Source: an uncultured Acidobacteriaceae bacterium
GTDB lineage: Bacteria; Acidobacteriota; Terriglobia; Terriglobales; Acidobacteriaceae
Assembly: GCA_963797895.1 (NCBI GenBank)
Contig: CAWCRD010000002.1
Coordinates: forward strand, 63,281 to 127,280
Length of the DNA stretch: 64,000 bases
Direction: 5' to 3'
The translations under genes were made by a program, and so were the position numbers. Shown piece after piece: positions 28,805-39,899 of this stretch. Position 1 is the stretch's first letter. Each line of letters starts with the position of its first letter. Below the pieces are notes generated by a model. It saw nothing but the letters and a program-made list of their open reading frames with translations, had not been told where the DNA came from and ran no database searches.

Positions 28805-29482
28805 TTAGCGAAAGGTGATCTGCTGAAAGCCAAGTGAGTGCAGTAGCGTAGTGAGCGTGGCGCGGGCATTGCCTTCAGCGGTGGTCAGGATCCCGCTATC
28901 GAGCGCGGACTGGCGCAGATTGGCCTCGGCCTTTTCGCGGGTCTCGGATTCGAGGTTCGGATCCGTGGGCACAAGCAGGCCGGTCAGGCGCGAGTAGACA
29001 CGCGTCTTGCTGTTGTCGAGTGAGACGGAGAGCAGTTCCGCCGCAGGCATGCTGATGATGACACTGCGGCCATCGATTTCGACGCTGCTGGCCTGCACCT
29101 GGCTGAGGTCAACGCCCGCTACAGCTTGTCCGTGCACAATCAGTAGCAGTTTGTCTCCGGTGAGGAAGTCCGGCAGGTACTCGCTCGAGCGGTTGCCCTC
29201 GACGACTTTGTCCATGGTGTAGACGACCGACTCCAGCCGCGCGAGACGCCGGATGCTGGCTACCACGGTGGTCCTGGAAACGTCGATCGTCTCGTGCCGG
29301 CCGAGAAAAGCCAGGCTGATGCGGCTGCGCATGGACGCGCCGACGTGGCGCACGACGGCCGGTACTGCAAGGAGCGCGATGAGCAAGCCGACAACAATGC
29401 CGAGAATGAGGGCAGGGAAGGCGGACGAGCGGTTTTCCTGGATCGGTTCCTGCGCAGTGGAGGGCATAGCTGGTCTCTCCAT
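28805..29482 (-). CDS. DUF4230 domain membrane-anchored protein
   Basis: N-terminal TM segment, then LLLIVHGQAVAGVDLSQV ... VIISMPAAELLSVSLD, which is typical of DUF4230. Confidence 0.7.
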   Translation of the reverse strand: MERPAMPSTAQEPIQENRSSAFPALILGIVVGLLIALLAVPAVVRHVGASMRSRISLAFLGRHETIDVSRTTVVASIRRLARLESVVYTMDKVVEGNRSSEYLPDFLTGDKLLLIVHGQAVAGVDLSQVQASSVEIDGRSVIISMPAAELLSVSLDNSKTRVYSRLTGLLVPTDPNLESETREKAEANLRQSALDSGILTTAEGNARATLTTLLHSLGFQQITFR

Positions 29483-29563
29483 TGTCTGACGCGCGCGAAC
29501 GCGCGAGGGCTTTACGGCAGCGTCAGGATTCTTTGATCGCGCGCCGGGTTGGGACGAAGAACA

Positions 29564-31333
<1,770 letters not shown>

Positions 31334-31350
31334 CTAGACTTTGGAAAGAA

Positions 31351-32334
31351 ATGGGACGCAGAAAAGTAATCGGTTTCGTGGCGGCGGTGGTCTTCGCGCT
31401 GTCCTCGCTCGCGCAGACAAGGCCGCCCACCAGCCCGGCGGAGATCGCCAATATTCACCGCCTCATCCTCACCGACGGCAGTTACCAGCAGGTGCGCCGG
31501 TGGGAGATCAAGGGCGACCGCGTGCGCTTTATCTCGGCCGAGCGCAACGGTGTATGGGAGGAGATGCCGGTCAGCCTGGTGGACTGGACGGCCACTGAGA
31601 AGTTTGCGCACGCCCACACCGAGCAGGGGCAGGAGGAGGAAGCCGCGTCAGCCGATGCAGCAGCCGTAGACGCAGAAGCCGCCGCTGAAAAAGCGGAGAT
31701 GAGTTCCCGCACGCCCGACGTGCTGCCCCATCTGCGCCTGCCGGACCGCGACGGCGTCTGGGTGCTGGATTATTTCCAGAACCGGCCTGAGCTGGTGACG
31801 CTGGAGCAGGACAGTGGAGACCTAAACCAGCCGACCGGCCATAACGTCCAGCGTGGCGCGATTCATCCGCTGCCCAGCCGCAAGGCAGAGATACGGCTGG
31901 ATGGCGAGGGCTCGAAAGTCCATCTTCATGGCAATGAGCCCGTCTTCTACGTAAGTCTGACCGGTGGCGACGACACGGCCGGCTCCGACGCGTTAACCGT
32001 GAGTGCGCCCGTGGCGAAAACTTCTGGCGCTATAAGCTCCCCGAACAGTCAGTACGTCATCGTCGAGGTGGATCCTCGGCACAGTTACCGCGTGATCACG
32101 AATCTCACCTTGAACCAGATCGGAAGCCAGAACGCCAATGTGACCGAGACCACAACCACGGTGCTGCCCGGCGGTCACTGGATGAAGGTGGTCCCCAAGC
32201 AGAAGCTGACGATCGGCCAATATGCCTTGATGGAAGTGCTGGGGCCGCACGCAATCAATCAATCAGTCTGGGATTTTGCGATCGAGCCGCAGGCGGGCGA
32301 TAACCTGAACGCCATTCTGCCGATCAATCAGTAG
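31351..32334 (+). CDS. Secreted hypothetical protein
   Basis: Signal peptide MGRRKVIGFVAAVVFALSSLAQT. No recognisable family motif. Its 3' end overlaps the convergent GGDEF gene by 11 nt. Confidence 0.5.
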   Translation: MGRRKVIGFVAAVVFALSSLAQTRPPTSPAEIANIHRLILTDGSYQQVRRWEIKGDRVRFISAERNGVWEEMPVSLVDWTATEKFAHAHTEQGQEEEAASADAAAVDAEAAAEKAEMSSRTPDVLPHLRLPDRDGVWVLDYFQNRPELVTLEQDSGDLNQPTGHNVQRGAIHPLPSRKAEIRLDGEGSKVHLHGNEPVFYVSLTGGDDTAGSDALTVSAPVAKTSGAISSPNSQYVIVEVDPRHSYRVITNLTLNQIGSQNANVTETTTTVLPGGHWMKVVPKQKLTIGQYALMEVLGPHAINQSVWDFAIEPQAGDNLNAILPINQ

Positions 32335-33367
32335 TCTCAGACTGCGGTTGCTGGTCTTCGACAGCGATGCCGTCCCGGGTCGTATTTTTCACCGAGTACA
32401 TCCGATGGTCGGCGTAGTCGAGCAGCGCAGCGGCATTGTCTGCGTCCTGCGGATAACTGGCCACGCCCAGACTCGCGGTCAGCCGCAGCGAGAGCCCTTC
32501 CGGACTGAGAAATCGCCGGGCCCGGATCGCCGTGAGCAGCCGGTTAGCCGCTGCGGTTGCGGCAGAACCGCTGGTATGCGGCAACACGACCACGAACTCG
32601 TCCCCTCCATACCGGAATGCAATATCCACACTGCGCATGGTGCGGGTGATCACCTCTGCCGCTTCGGCCAGCACGCGCGTCCCCGCGGAGTGGCCATGCA
32701 CATCGTTCACCTGCTTAAAGTGATCGAGATCGAGAAAGAGAATGCTGAACGGCTGATCGAAGCGGCGAGCACGTTCGATCTCGACCGGGAGCACAGCCTT
32801 CAGATGCCGCGCATTGAACAGGTGCGTGCAATCATCGGTGATCGTCAGCTCCTGGATGCGCTCGACCGCGCGGGCATTCTCGATTGCGATCGCAGCGTAG
32901 TCACAGACGATGTACAGAAACGTGATTGCATCGTCAGTAAGCGTCTGCGGCTCCGGATGCCTCACCTGCAGGACTCCTAAAGTCTGCTCGCGCGAGCGCA
33001 GCGGCAGGCAAATCGCAGAGTGCTGTTGATCCCCGCTGGCCAGCCGGGCCGCGTTTCCGTCGTGCGTAACGATCAGCGGCTCCCCATGCAGAGCCACCCA
33101 GCCCGCCATGCCCGTCCCCAGCGGGATACGGATGTTCTGCAGCGCCTCATCCGAGACACCACGGGCCAGCGCATAGTAAAGATCGCGCTTCTCGTCATCA
33201 ACCATGAGCAGCGACCAGCTTTCCGGATGAAAGAACCGCTCCATCTGCTCGAGGATGCTGCGCAGAATGCTCGGCAGGTCGAGCGAAGAGGTCAGCGCCC
33301 GTGCGGCATCGTGAAAGAGCCGTAGGTGTTCGAAAGGAGCTGCGGCGGTCCGAGCGGAGTCGTGCAT
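32324..33367 (-). CDS. GAF domain-containing diguanylate cyclase (GGDEF) with an RxxD I-site
   Basis: N-terminal GAF domain (LDLPSILRSILEQ ... GMAGWVALHGEPL). C-terminal GGDEF domain: the motif RSVDIAFRYGGDEF has RxxD 5 residues before GGDEF. Confidence 0.9.
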   Translation of the reverse strand: MHDSARTAAAPFEHLRLFHDAARALTSSLDLPSILRSILEQMERFFHPESWSLLMVDDEKRDLYYALARGVSDEALQNIRIPLGTGMAGWVALHGEPLIVTHDGNAARLASGDQQHSAICLPLRSREQTLGVLQVRHPEPQTLTDDAITFLYIVCDYAAIAIENARAVERIQELTITDDCTHLFNARHLKAVLPVEIERARRFDQPFSILFLDLDHFKQVNDVHGHSAGTRVLAEAAEVITRTMRSVDIAFRYGGDEFVVVLPHTSGSAATAAANRLLTAIRARRFLSPEGLSLRLTASLGVASYPQDADNAAALLDYADHRMYSVKNTTRDGIAVEDQQPQSETTD

Positions 33368-33475
33368 TGGCTGCTGTCGATTGTGCCACGGGACCGGCTC
33401 TTCGGGCAGAGAGTCTGCTGATGACGCCTGGCAACCAGGCGAACTGGAAGCGCGCCGCCGGCCCGGTGTGTCCGG

Positions 33476-34540
33476 TCAGCGCCGGAGAGCCCAGGCCAGG
33501 CCATCCGGTTCACCGCCCGCCTGGATGTGGCCGGTGACGGTCAATGAGCCGAGATCGATCACAGCAACGTAGTCGTCCGGACTGCAGGCGACGAAGGCGC
33601 GCCTACCGCCCGGCTCCACCAGGACGCCACCCGAGCCATGGCCAATCGGAATGCGCTTGATCACCTGCCGTGTGCTCGCGTCCAGCACTACCAACTCCGG
33701 GCCGCTCGAAACCAGCACGCGGTTGCCGTCAGGGGTAAACTTCAGCCGGTTTGCGCCCCGCACATTCGCAGCCAGCGTCTGGACCACCCTCTTCGCCGCG
33801 ATATCAACGATGGATATGGTGGCATCCTGCGCGCTTGCGACCCATAGCTCGCGATGATCCGGCGAGACATCGAAGCCCTCGGAGCCATTGCCGACGCGCA
33901 CCACGGTTTCGTTCCAGTCTTTGCGAACTGGCGGCGCCCCGCCGCGACCCTGGCCCGCACCGGATGAGGGCATCGCGCCCGGCGGCGGCGGCCCCATGTG
34001 GACAGTTTCCATATCGATCATGCTGACCGTGCCGGAGCTCACATTCGTGGTAATGATGCGCTGCTGGTCGTCCGAGACATAAATCATGTGAGTGCGGTTC
34101 TGCCCCGTGCCCAGGATCCAATCCACCTTCTTCGTCGCTGGATCGTAGCGGCCGATGGCCTTCGCGCCTTCTGCGGTAAACCAGGCTTTTCCGCCCACGA
34201 AGGTGAGCCCATGCGGCCCACGCAGCGGGCCAAGATCGATCGTGCCCAGCGTCCGCTGGCCGCCCAGATCGACCGCGGTCAGCGTATTGAAAGCGCCAAA
34301 GCCATAGTTCGAAACGTAAGCTGTGGTCCCATCGGTGGAGGCGATCACCTCGTGCGGATCATTGCCGACCGGCATCTTGGCGATTACCTGCAACGTAGAC
34401 GGATCGACAATACTGAGCGTGTGGTCGTGCTTGGAAAGCACAAGCAGGGAACCGGTTGTGCTTTGACCCTGAAGAGTGCCCGAAACGCTGAGAGCGGCAA
34501 AAATCGTGAGCATCGCGACAACGCGGACGGGAACTCTCAT
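33476..34540 (-). CDS. YVTN/YncE-like beta-propeller repeat protein (secreted); start set at the signal peptide
   Basis: Signal peptide MRVPVRVVAMLTIFAALSVSG. Repeated propeller blades (HEVIAS.DGTTAYVSN, HGLTFV.GKAWF, PDGNRVLVS, GGRRAFVA). Confidence 0.7.
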   Translation of the reverse strand: MRVPVRVVAMLTIFAALSVSGTLQGQSTTGSLLVLSKHDHTLSIVDPSTLQVIAKMPVGNDPHEVIASTDGTTAYVSNYGFGAFNTLTAVDLGGQRTLGTIDLGPLRGPHGLTFVGGKAWFTAEGAKAIGRYDPATKKVDWILGTGQNRTHMIYVSDDQQRIITTNVSSGTVSMIDMETVHMGPPPPGAMPSSGAGQGRGGAPPVRKDWNETVVRVGNGSEGFDVSPDHRELWVASAQDATISIVDIAAKRVVQTLAANVRGANRLKFTPDGNRVLVSSGPELVVLDASTRQVIKRIPIGHGSGGVLVEPGGRRAFVACSPDDYVAVIDLGSLTVTGHIQAGGEPDGLAWALRR

Positions 34541-34659
34541 GGCTAAAGATACCTCCGAATACCGGCCGGGACGGAGTGAATAGACGACACTGTGACTCGC
34601 CGAGTTCCTGGGCGTCGAAGAGATGTTTTGATTTGGAAAGATCCGTTGACCGACTTCCG

Positions 34660-35706
34660 TCAACCGCCGATGTGCACCATGCTACGGCTGGGCTTCAGGA
34701 AGTCCGGTTCGCCGATGTGGTGGCGGCCTTCTTTTTGCGCGACGACGCCGCGGATATAGCCGGCCAGATCATCATCGGAGCCGCCGCGCTTCATCACGCC
34801 GTAAAGATCGTGGTCCGTCTGCGAAAACAGACAGGTGCGGATCTTGCCGTCGGAAGTAAGCCGGACCCGGCTGCACGCCCCGCAGAACGCGCGCGAAACC
34901 GGCGCGATGATACCAATCTCACCGATGCCGTCATCGAAGGTGAAGCGCTGCGCGGTCTCGCCGGGCGTATTCGCCGCGAGTGGCACCAGCGGGCGTACGG
35001 CGCTGATGCGGGCCTTCAACTCGTCATAGCCGATGACCGTGTCACGGGACCAGATCCGGTCCTCCTCCAGCGGCATGAACTCGATGAAGCGCAGGATAAC
35101 GCGCTCACTGCGCGCGAAGTGGACGAAGGGAACGATCTGGTCGTCATTGAAACCGCGCAGCAGCACGCAGTTGACCTTGACCGGCCCGAGCCCGGCGGCC
35201 TGCGCAGCGCGGATACCCCCCAGCACGCGCTCATAGCTGCCGGGAACACGCGTGATGCGCGCAAAGACATCCGGATCCACGGCATCCATGGACACGGTCG
35301 CGCGGGTCAGTCCGGCATCGCGCAGCGATTCGATCTGTGCCGCCAGAAGATGGCCATTGGTGGTTACGGCGATATCCAGGGAATTGCCGGAAATCGTCCG
35401 CAACTGTGCAATCTCGCGGATCAGGGAGGGAAGCTCTCGCCGCAGCAGCGGTTCGCCACCCGTGAGCCGGACCTTTTCAATGCCCAATCCGACGAAGACG
35501 CGAATGATCCGCAGATAGTCGACCAGCGGCAATTCACTGTACTGGGCACCGTCATTGCCGGTCCGGCAATAGATGCAGCGGTAGTTACAGCGGTCCGTGA
35601 TGGAGACACGGAGGTCTGTGATGGCACGGCCGTGGCCATCGGTCAGGCGTAGAGCGCCGGACGGATGGGTCAAAGTTGCCGCGATCGGGATGGCATCGGA
35701 CAGCAC
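34660..35706 (-). CDS. moaA: GTP 3',8-cyclase MoaA (radical SAM, molybdenum cofactor biosynthesis)
   Basis: CNYRCIYC radical-SAM cluster motif and a C-terminal CGACSRVRLTSDGKIRTCLF auxiliary cluster. GTG start preceded by AAGGAG. Confidence 0.93.
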   Translation of the reverse strand: MLSDAIPIAATLTHPSGALRLTDGHGRAITDLRVSITDRCNYRCIYCRTGNDGAQYSELPLVDYLRIIRVFVGLGIEKVRLTGGEPLLRRELPSLIREIAQLRTISGNSLDIAVTTNGHLLAAQIESLRDAGLTRATVSMDAVDPDVFARITRVPGSYERVLGGIRAAQAAGLGPVKVNCVLLRGFNDDQIVPFVHFARSERVILRFIEFMPLEEDRIWSRDTVIGYDELKARISAVRPLVPLAANTPGETAQRFTFDDGIGEIGIIAPVSRAFCGACSRVRLTSDGKIRTCLFSQTDHDLYGVMKRGGSDDDLAGYIRGVVAQKEGRHHIGEPDFLKPSRSMVHIGG

Positions 35707-35835
35707 TCCTTAGATTCTACGAGGGACGGCAAACTTTCGCAGAGCTGCCGTCCGCTCGCCCCGCCACCGTAGGCGCGGAGGGTCTGTCACCCTTGGCAGG
35801 AAATTGCTGATTCCAGGCTCACTGCAATCTCTCAA
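35707..35835 (-). ncRNA. Candidate Moco (molybdenum cofactor) riboswitch in the moaA leader
   Basis: The minus-strand leader reads GAGCCUGGAA..GGGUGACAGACCCUCCG..GGGGCGAGCGGACGGCA-loop-UGCCGUCCCUCGUAGAAUCUAAGGAG GUG. The order of elements (CCUGG, GUGACA, GGGCGA, hairpin, CCUC..CGUA, AAGG) parallels what I recall of the E. coli moaA Moco element. No covariance model was run. Confidence 0.4.
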
Positions 35836-35949
35836 AGCGCCATGCAGCTCTGCGCTTGTTACTTGAGAATTTCGTAGCAACTGTATTCGTTCTGGATTTA
35901 CTCTAGGGCCCACGTCCGATCCTCCCCCGGGCAATACCCGAGGTGCAGG

Positions 35950-38484
35950 ATGCTTTCTTCAGCGTCAGAGCCAATCAGTGTCAGCAGCGAACCCTCTTTC
36001 AATCGTCACGATTCACAATTAGCCGAGAGACCTTCGGCCTGGCGAGCTTGTCTTCGCCGTCTCTGCGCGATTGCCGCGTTCTCGGCAATCGCAAGCTGCG
36101 CTGGCGCGCAGGACGTGACAACCTGGCACTATGACAACGCACGCAGCGGTGTTCAATCGCACGAGACCACGCTGACGCCGTCTAACGTAAAGTCCTCATC
36201 CTTCGGCAAAGTCTTCAGCCTGCCTGTCATCGGCGATCTCTATGCCCAGCCCCTCTACCTGGGTCAGTACATGATGAGCGATGGGAAGCTCCACAATGTA
36301 CTGATCGTCGCGACTGCGCAGGACTACGTCTATGCCTTCGACGCGGATGGACAAAACCCGGCACAGGGTTATCTGTGGCGCGATTTTCTGGTCAACTCTG
36401 GCGAGACCTGGCTTAGCTATCTCGATGAAGCCAGCGACTTCGATATCGATCCGAACATCGGCATCATTTCGACGCCGGTCGCGGACCGCAACGGCGGCAC
36501 ACTCTACGTCGTTTCCAGATCGAAGACGACCAGCGGCACCACAAAATTTTTCCAGCGTCTGCACGCGCTCAATATCGCTAACGGCGCAGAGAAGCTGAAT
36601 GGCCCGACCACCATCCAAGCGACCGTGAAGGGCCTGGGTGACGGCGGAACGAGCATCACATTCAACTCTCAGCTTGAAAATCAGAGGGCTGCTCTGCTCC
36701 TTGCGCCGACTCCATCGGCAGGCAGCGGCAATGCCGTCTTCATCGCGTGGGCATCGCATGGCGATCACGGCGTATATCACGGCTGGGTGATCGCGTATGA
36801 CGCAGCCAACGTTGCGAACCAACTTGGCGCCTGGGTAGACACGCCGAATGGACAAGAGGGTGGGATTTGGATGGCCGGCGGCGGATCATCTTCCGACGGT
36901 CTGGGCAACGTCTTTCTCGCCACCGGAAACGGCACCTTCAATGCAAATACCGGAGGCTCGGATTACGGTGACACCGCCGTCCGCCTCACGCTGGGTACCG
37001 CGCTTGGAGTCGCCGATTACTTCACGCCCGGCGACCAGAGCACTCTCAACGCCGACGATCAGGACATGGGCACCGGCGCGGTCATGCTGCTGCCGACGCA
37101 GAGTGGATCTGCCCCGCACCTGGCGATGACAACGGACAAAAGCGGAACCATCTATCTCATCAATCGAGATCACATGGGCGGCTTCACCACGCCTTCGAAC
37201 AGCTCCCGGCAGAGCTTCGGCGGCGGCTCCAAGAATAGGAGCAGCTTCGCGTTTTTCAACAACATCGCTTACGCGGGATTCGCTGGACAGCCGCTGCAGG
37301 CCTGGGCCTTCAATCCATCTACCGAGCTCTTCACGACCACTCCGCAATCGAAGTCGAGCAATATCTTCGGTTGCAACTGCAACGGCGCAGGCTCCACCCC
37401 CAGTGTCTCCGCTAGCGGCACGGGAAACGGCATCGTGTGGGCGCTTGATAACAGCGGCTTCTACCACACTGCCGCAATCCTGCATGCGTATAGTCCAACC
37501 AATCTGGCTACGGAGTTCTACAACAGCACGCAAGCTGCAAACAGCCGCGATGCCGCGGCGATCGCCGTCAAATTCACAACCCCTACTGTCGCGAACGGAA
37601 AGGTTTACGTCGGCGGCCGCAATGCGGTCACCGTCTATGGCCTCCTCAACAATGGTGCGCCACCTGCCGCGACTCCGAGCTTCTCTCCTCCCGGCGGCAC
37701 ATATACCAGCCCGCAGAGCGTCAGCATTACGGACAGCACGCCGAATGCGTCCATCTATTACACGACCAACGGCACGCCGGCGAGCACCGGATCGACGCTA
37801 TACTCTGGGCCGATCCAGGTATCGACGTCAGAGACGCTTGAAGCGGTTGCCATTGCTTCGGGCTTCTCTCAGAGCAGCGATGGCCTCGCGAGCTACACCA
37901 TCGGCGGCGGATCCGGCTGCAGTAAACCCGCCAGTCCAGGCGTGAATATCTGTAGTCCAACGAATGGTGCGACGGTCAATTCGCCGGTCAACGTGCAGGC
38001 ATCCGCAACCGTGACCGGCACGATCTCCCACATGGAGTTGTGGGTAGACGGCGTTAAGAAGTTTGCCACCACGGGCGGCTCAACGCTGAGCACTTCGTTG
38101 ACTCTCGCGGCCGGCAGTCACCGCTTCGCTGTTCTCGCAATCAATACTGCGGGAACAAAATGGCAGACAGCCGTGAACGCGACCGTGGGCGGAGGCGGAG
38201 GTGGAGCTTGCACCGCACCCGGCAGCCCGGGCGTGAACATATGCAAGCCGGTGAGCGGCTCGACCGTAAGTTTGCCGGTGTCGGTGCAAGCCGCGGCCAC
38301 CGTGACCGGCACCATCTCGCACATGGAGCTGTGGGTCGATGGCGTAAAGAAGTTCGCCACCACTGGAGGATCGACGCTGAGTACGTCTTTGACTCTCGCA
38401 TCCGGCAGCCACCGCTTCGCCGTTCTCGCAATCAATACAGCGGGTACGAAGTGGGAACAGGCGATAAACGCGACCGTGCAATAA
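35950..38484 (+). CDS. Large secreted protein: beta-propeller-like N-terminal region, a chitobiase/hexosaminidase C-terminal-like (CHB_HEX_C) domain, and two tandem Ig-like modules
   Basis: 844 aa with a signal-like segment LCAIAAFSAIASCAGAQD. CHB_HEX_C-like stretch: PSFSPPGGTYTSPQSVSITDSTPNASIYYTTNGTPAS. Two C-terminal repeats of about 95 aa. Confidence 0.65.
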   Translation: MLSSASEPISVSSEPSFNRHDSQLAERPSAWRACLRRLCAIAAFSAIASCAGAQDVTTWHYDNARSGVQSHETTLTPSNVKSSSFGKVFSLPVIGDLYAQPLYLGQYMMSDGKLHNVLIVATAQDYVYAFDADGQNPAQGYLWRDFLVNSGETWLSYLDEASDFDIDPNIGIISTPVADRNGGTLYVVSRSKTTSGTTKFFQRLHALNIANGAEKLNGPTTIQATVKGLGDGGTSITFNSQLENQRAALLLAPTPSAGSGNAVFIAWASHGDHGVYHGWVIAYDAANVANQLGAWVDTPNGQEGGIWMAGGGSSSDGLGNVFLATGNGTFNANTGGSDYGDTAVRLTLGTALGVADYFTPGDQSTLNADDQDMGTGAVMLLPTQSGSAPHLAMTTDKSGTIYLINRDHMGGFTTPSNSSRQSFGGGSKNRSSFAFFNNIAYAGFAGQPLQAWAFNPSTELFTTTPQSKSSNIFGCNCNGAGSTPSVSASGTGNGIVWALDNSGFYHTAAILHAYSPTNLATEFYNSTQAANSRDAAAIAVKFTTPTVANGKVYVGGRNAVTVYGLLNNGAPPAATPSFSPPGGTYTSPQSVSITDSTPNASIYYTTNGTPASTGSTLYSGPIQVSTSETLEAVAIASGFSQSSDGLASYTIGGGSGCSKPASPGVNICSPTNGATVNSPVNVQASATVTGTISHMELWVDGVKKFATTGGSTLSTSLTLAAGSHRFAVLAINTAGTKWQTAVNATVGGGGGGACTAPGSPGVNICKPVSGSTVSLPVSVQAAATVTGTISHMELWVDGVKKFATTGGSTLSTSLTLASGSHRFAVLAINTAGTKWEQAINATVQ
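37903..38481 (+). repeat. Tandem direct repeat (2 x about 288 bp) encoding two near-identical Ig-like modules inside the 35950..38484 CDS
   Basis: Unit 1 is about 37903..38188 and unit 2 about 38189..38481. The peptides TVTGTISHMELWVDGVKKFATTGGSTLSTSLTLA(A/S)GSHRFAVLAINTAGTKW are identical except for one residue. Confidence 0.9.
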
Positions 38485-38620
38485 CCCGTTACCGATCGGG
38501 GTAGCGGGCTGTCCTCCTGCCCGGATGCGCCGAACCGTGTCCGAGCGAAATGGCTCCTCCCGAATACGAAATGTCGTGCCACGTCGCTGAGCGATACTGC
38601 ACATCTCGTAAGCTAGAGCT

Positions 38621-39685
38621 ATGTGTGCGAAGAAGATCGAGATGGAGGAGCAGGCAGCCGCGCGGCGGCACAGTGCGACGCGATTCGACGTGTTGGTGAT
38701 CGGGGCCGGGCCCACCGGCCTGGCATGCGCCATCGAAACCAGCCGGCGCGGCATGCGGAGCGTGCTGGTCGATAAAGGCTGCCTGTGCAATTCGCTGTTT
38801 CATTACCCGGCAAACATGACGTTCTTCACCACTCCGGAATTGCTGGAGATCGGCGACATCCCGTTTCCCAGCCCGAACCAGAAGCCCACACGCGATGAGG
38901 CGCTGGAGTACTACCGCAAGGTCGCGGACCATTACCAGCTCGATGTGCGCCAGAACGAGACGGTCCTGCGTATCGAAGGCAGCGACGGCGAATTTCGCGT
39001 TCGCGTGGAGGACCGCTTCGGCCGGGAACAGAGCTACATGGCGCACAAGATTGTGGTGGCCACCGGCTACTACGATCTGCCGAATTATCTGAAGATTCCC
39101 GGCGAGGCATTGCCCAAGGTCATGCATTACTACGACGCGCCGCACCCCTACTACGACACGGACGTGGTTGTAATCGGAGGGAAGAACTCCGCCGCCATCG
39201 CCGCGCTGGACCTGTGGCGGCATGGCGCGCGCGTGACGCTGGTGCATCGCGGCCCCAGGATTCATCACCACGTGAAGTATTGGATCCTGCCGGATATCGA
39301 AAACCGCATCAAGGCGGGCGAGATCGAGGCTTATTTCGATTCGCGTGTGGCTGCAATCCGCGAGGACAGCGTGGTGCTGGAGACCCCGAAAGGGCCGAAG
39401 ACGCTGCGCAATGATTTCGTATTCGCCCTGACCGGCTACCACCCGGATTTTGATCTGCTCACATCGTTTGGTGTCCGTATGGACAACAAGGACCGCTGCC
39501 CGGAGTGCGACCCGCAGACGCTGGAGAGCAATGTCCCCGGAATCTACCTGGCCGGTGTAATTGTCGCGGGTTCCCGCACGAATGAGATTTTTATCGAGAA
39601 TGGCCGTTTCCATGGCCGCCAGATTGCAACGGACATCGCCGTCCGGATGGAAGAGGCGTCGTCCCCCGCGTTGCGGGAAGAGTAG
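38621..39685 (+). CDS. ypdA: YpdA-family FAD/NAD(P)-dependent disulfide oxidoreductase (putative bacillithiol disulfide reductase)
   Basis: FDVLVIGAGPTGLACAIE Rossmann motif. Colinear with my recollection of B. subtilis YpdA (TFFTTPELLEIGDIPF, ATGYYDLPNY, PKVMHYY, VVVIGGKNSA, NDFVFALTGYHPD, NEIFIENGRFHG). The start could be 38642. Confidence 0.8.
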   Translation: MCAKKIEMEEQAAARRHSATRFDVLVIGAGPTGLACAIETSRRGMRSVLVDKGCLCNSLFHYPANMTFFTTPELLEIGDIPFPSPNQKPTRDEALEYYRKVADHYQLDVRQNETVLRIEGSDGEFRVRVEDRFGREQSYMAHKIVVATGYYDLPNYLKIPGEALPKVMHYYDAPHPYYDTDVVVIGGKNSAAIAALDLWRHGARVTLVHRGPRIHHHVKYWILPDIENRIKAGEIEAYFDSRVAAIREDSVVLETPKGPKTLRNDFVFALTGYHPDFDLLTSFGVRMDNKDRCPECDPQTLESNVPGIYLAGVIVAGSRTNEIFIENGRFHGRQIATDIAVRMEEASSPALREE

Positions 39686-39899
39686 ACCAGGCTTTGCCCG
39701 CGATGCGGGTCGTCCTCACCGTATGTTGGAGACGGTCTTCGGCTGGTTTCCACCCGGGCCGAGGCGCGGTACTCTTATGAGCAACCGATCACGCTCCTCG
39801 TAGCTGACGCTCGGGAAGACCTTTGCGTCATATGAATGTGCAGCTTGTCCTCCCCCGAGAGGCAGCCCCCATCTCCACCCTCCCGAAGAAGGGATACGG

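Noticed and set aside
32324-32334. 11-nt overlap of the 3' ends of the convergent genes 31351..32334 (+) and the GGDEF gene (-)
   Set aside because: Short convergent overlaps are common in compact genomes. Both stops are unambiguous and there is nothing further to explain.
34576-35652. Long antisense ORFs opposite real genes. Examples: 34576..35652 (+) opposite moaA, 56539..57777 (+) opposite OmpA, 38489..39613 (-) opposite ypdA, 17241..18479 and 18504..19664 (+) opposite the TPR gene, 9613..10329 (-), 25341..26093 (-), and 45950..46918 (-).
   Set aside because: Their translations are Arg/Gly/Ala/Pro-rich with no motifs. They lie opposite ORFs with unambiguous family signatures. This is the usual high-GC shadow-ORF artefact.
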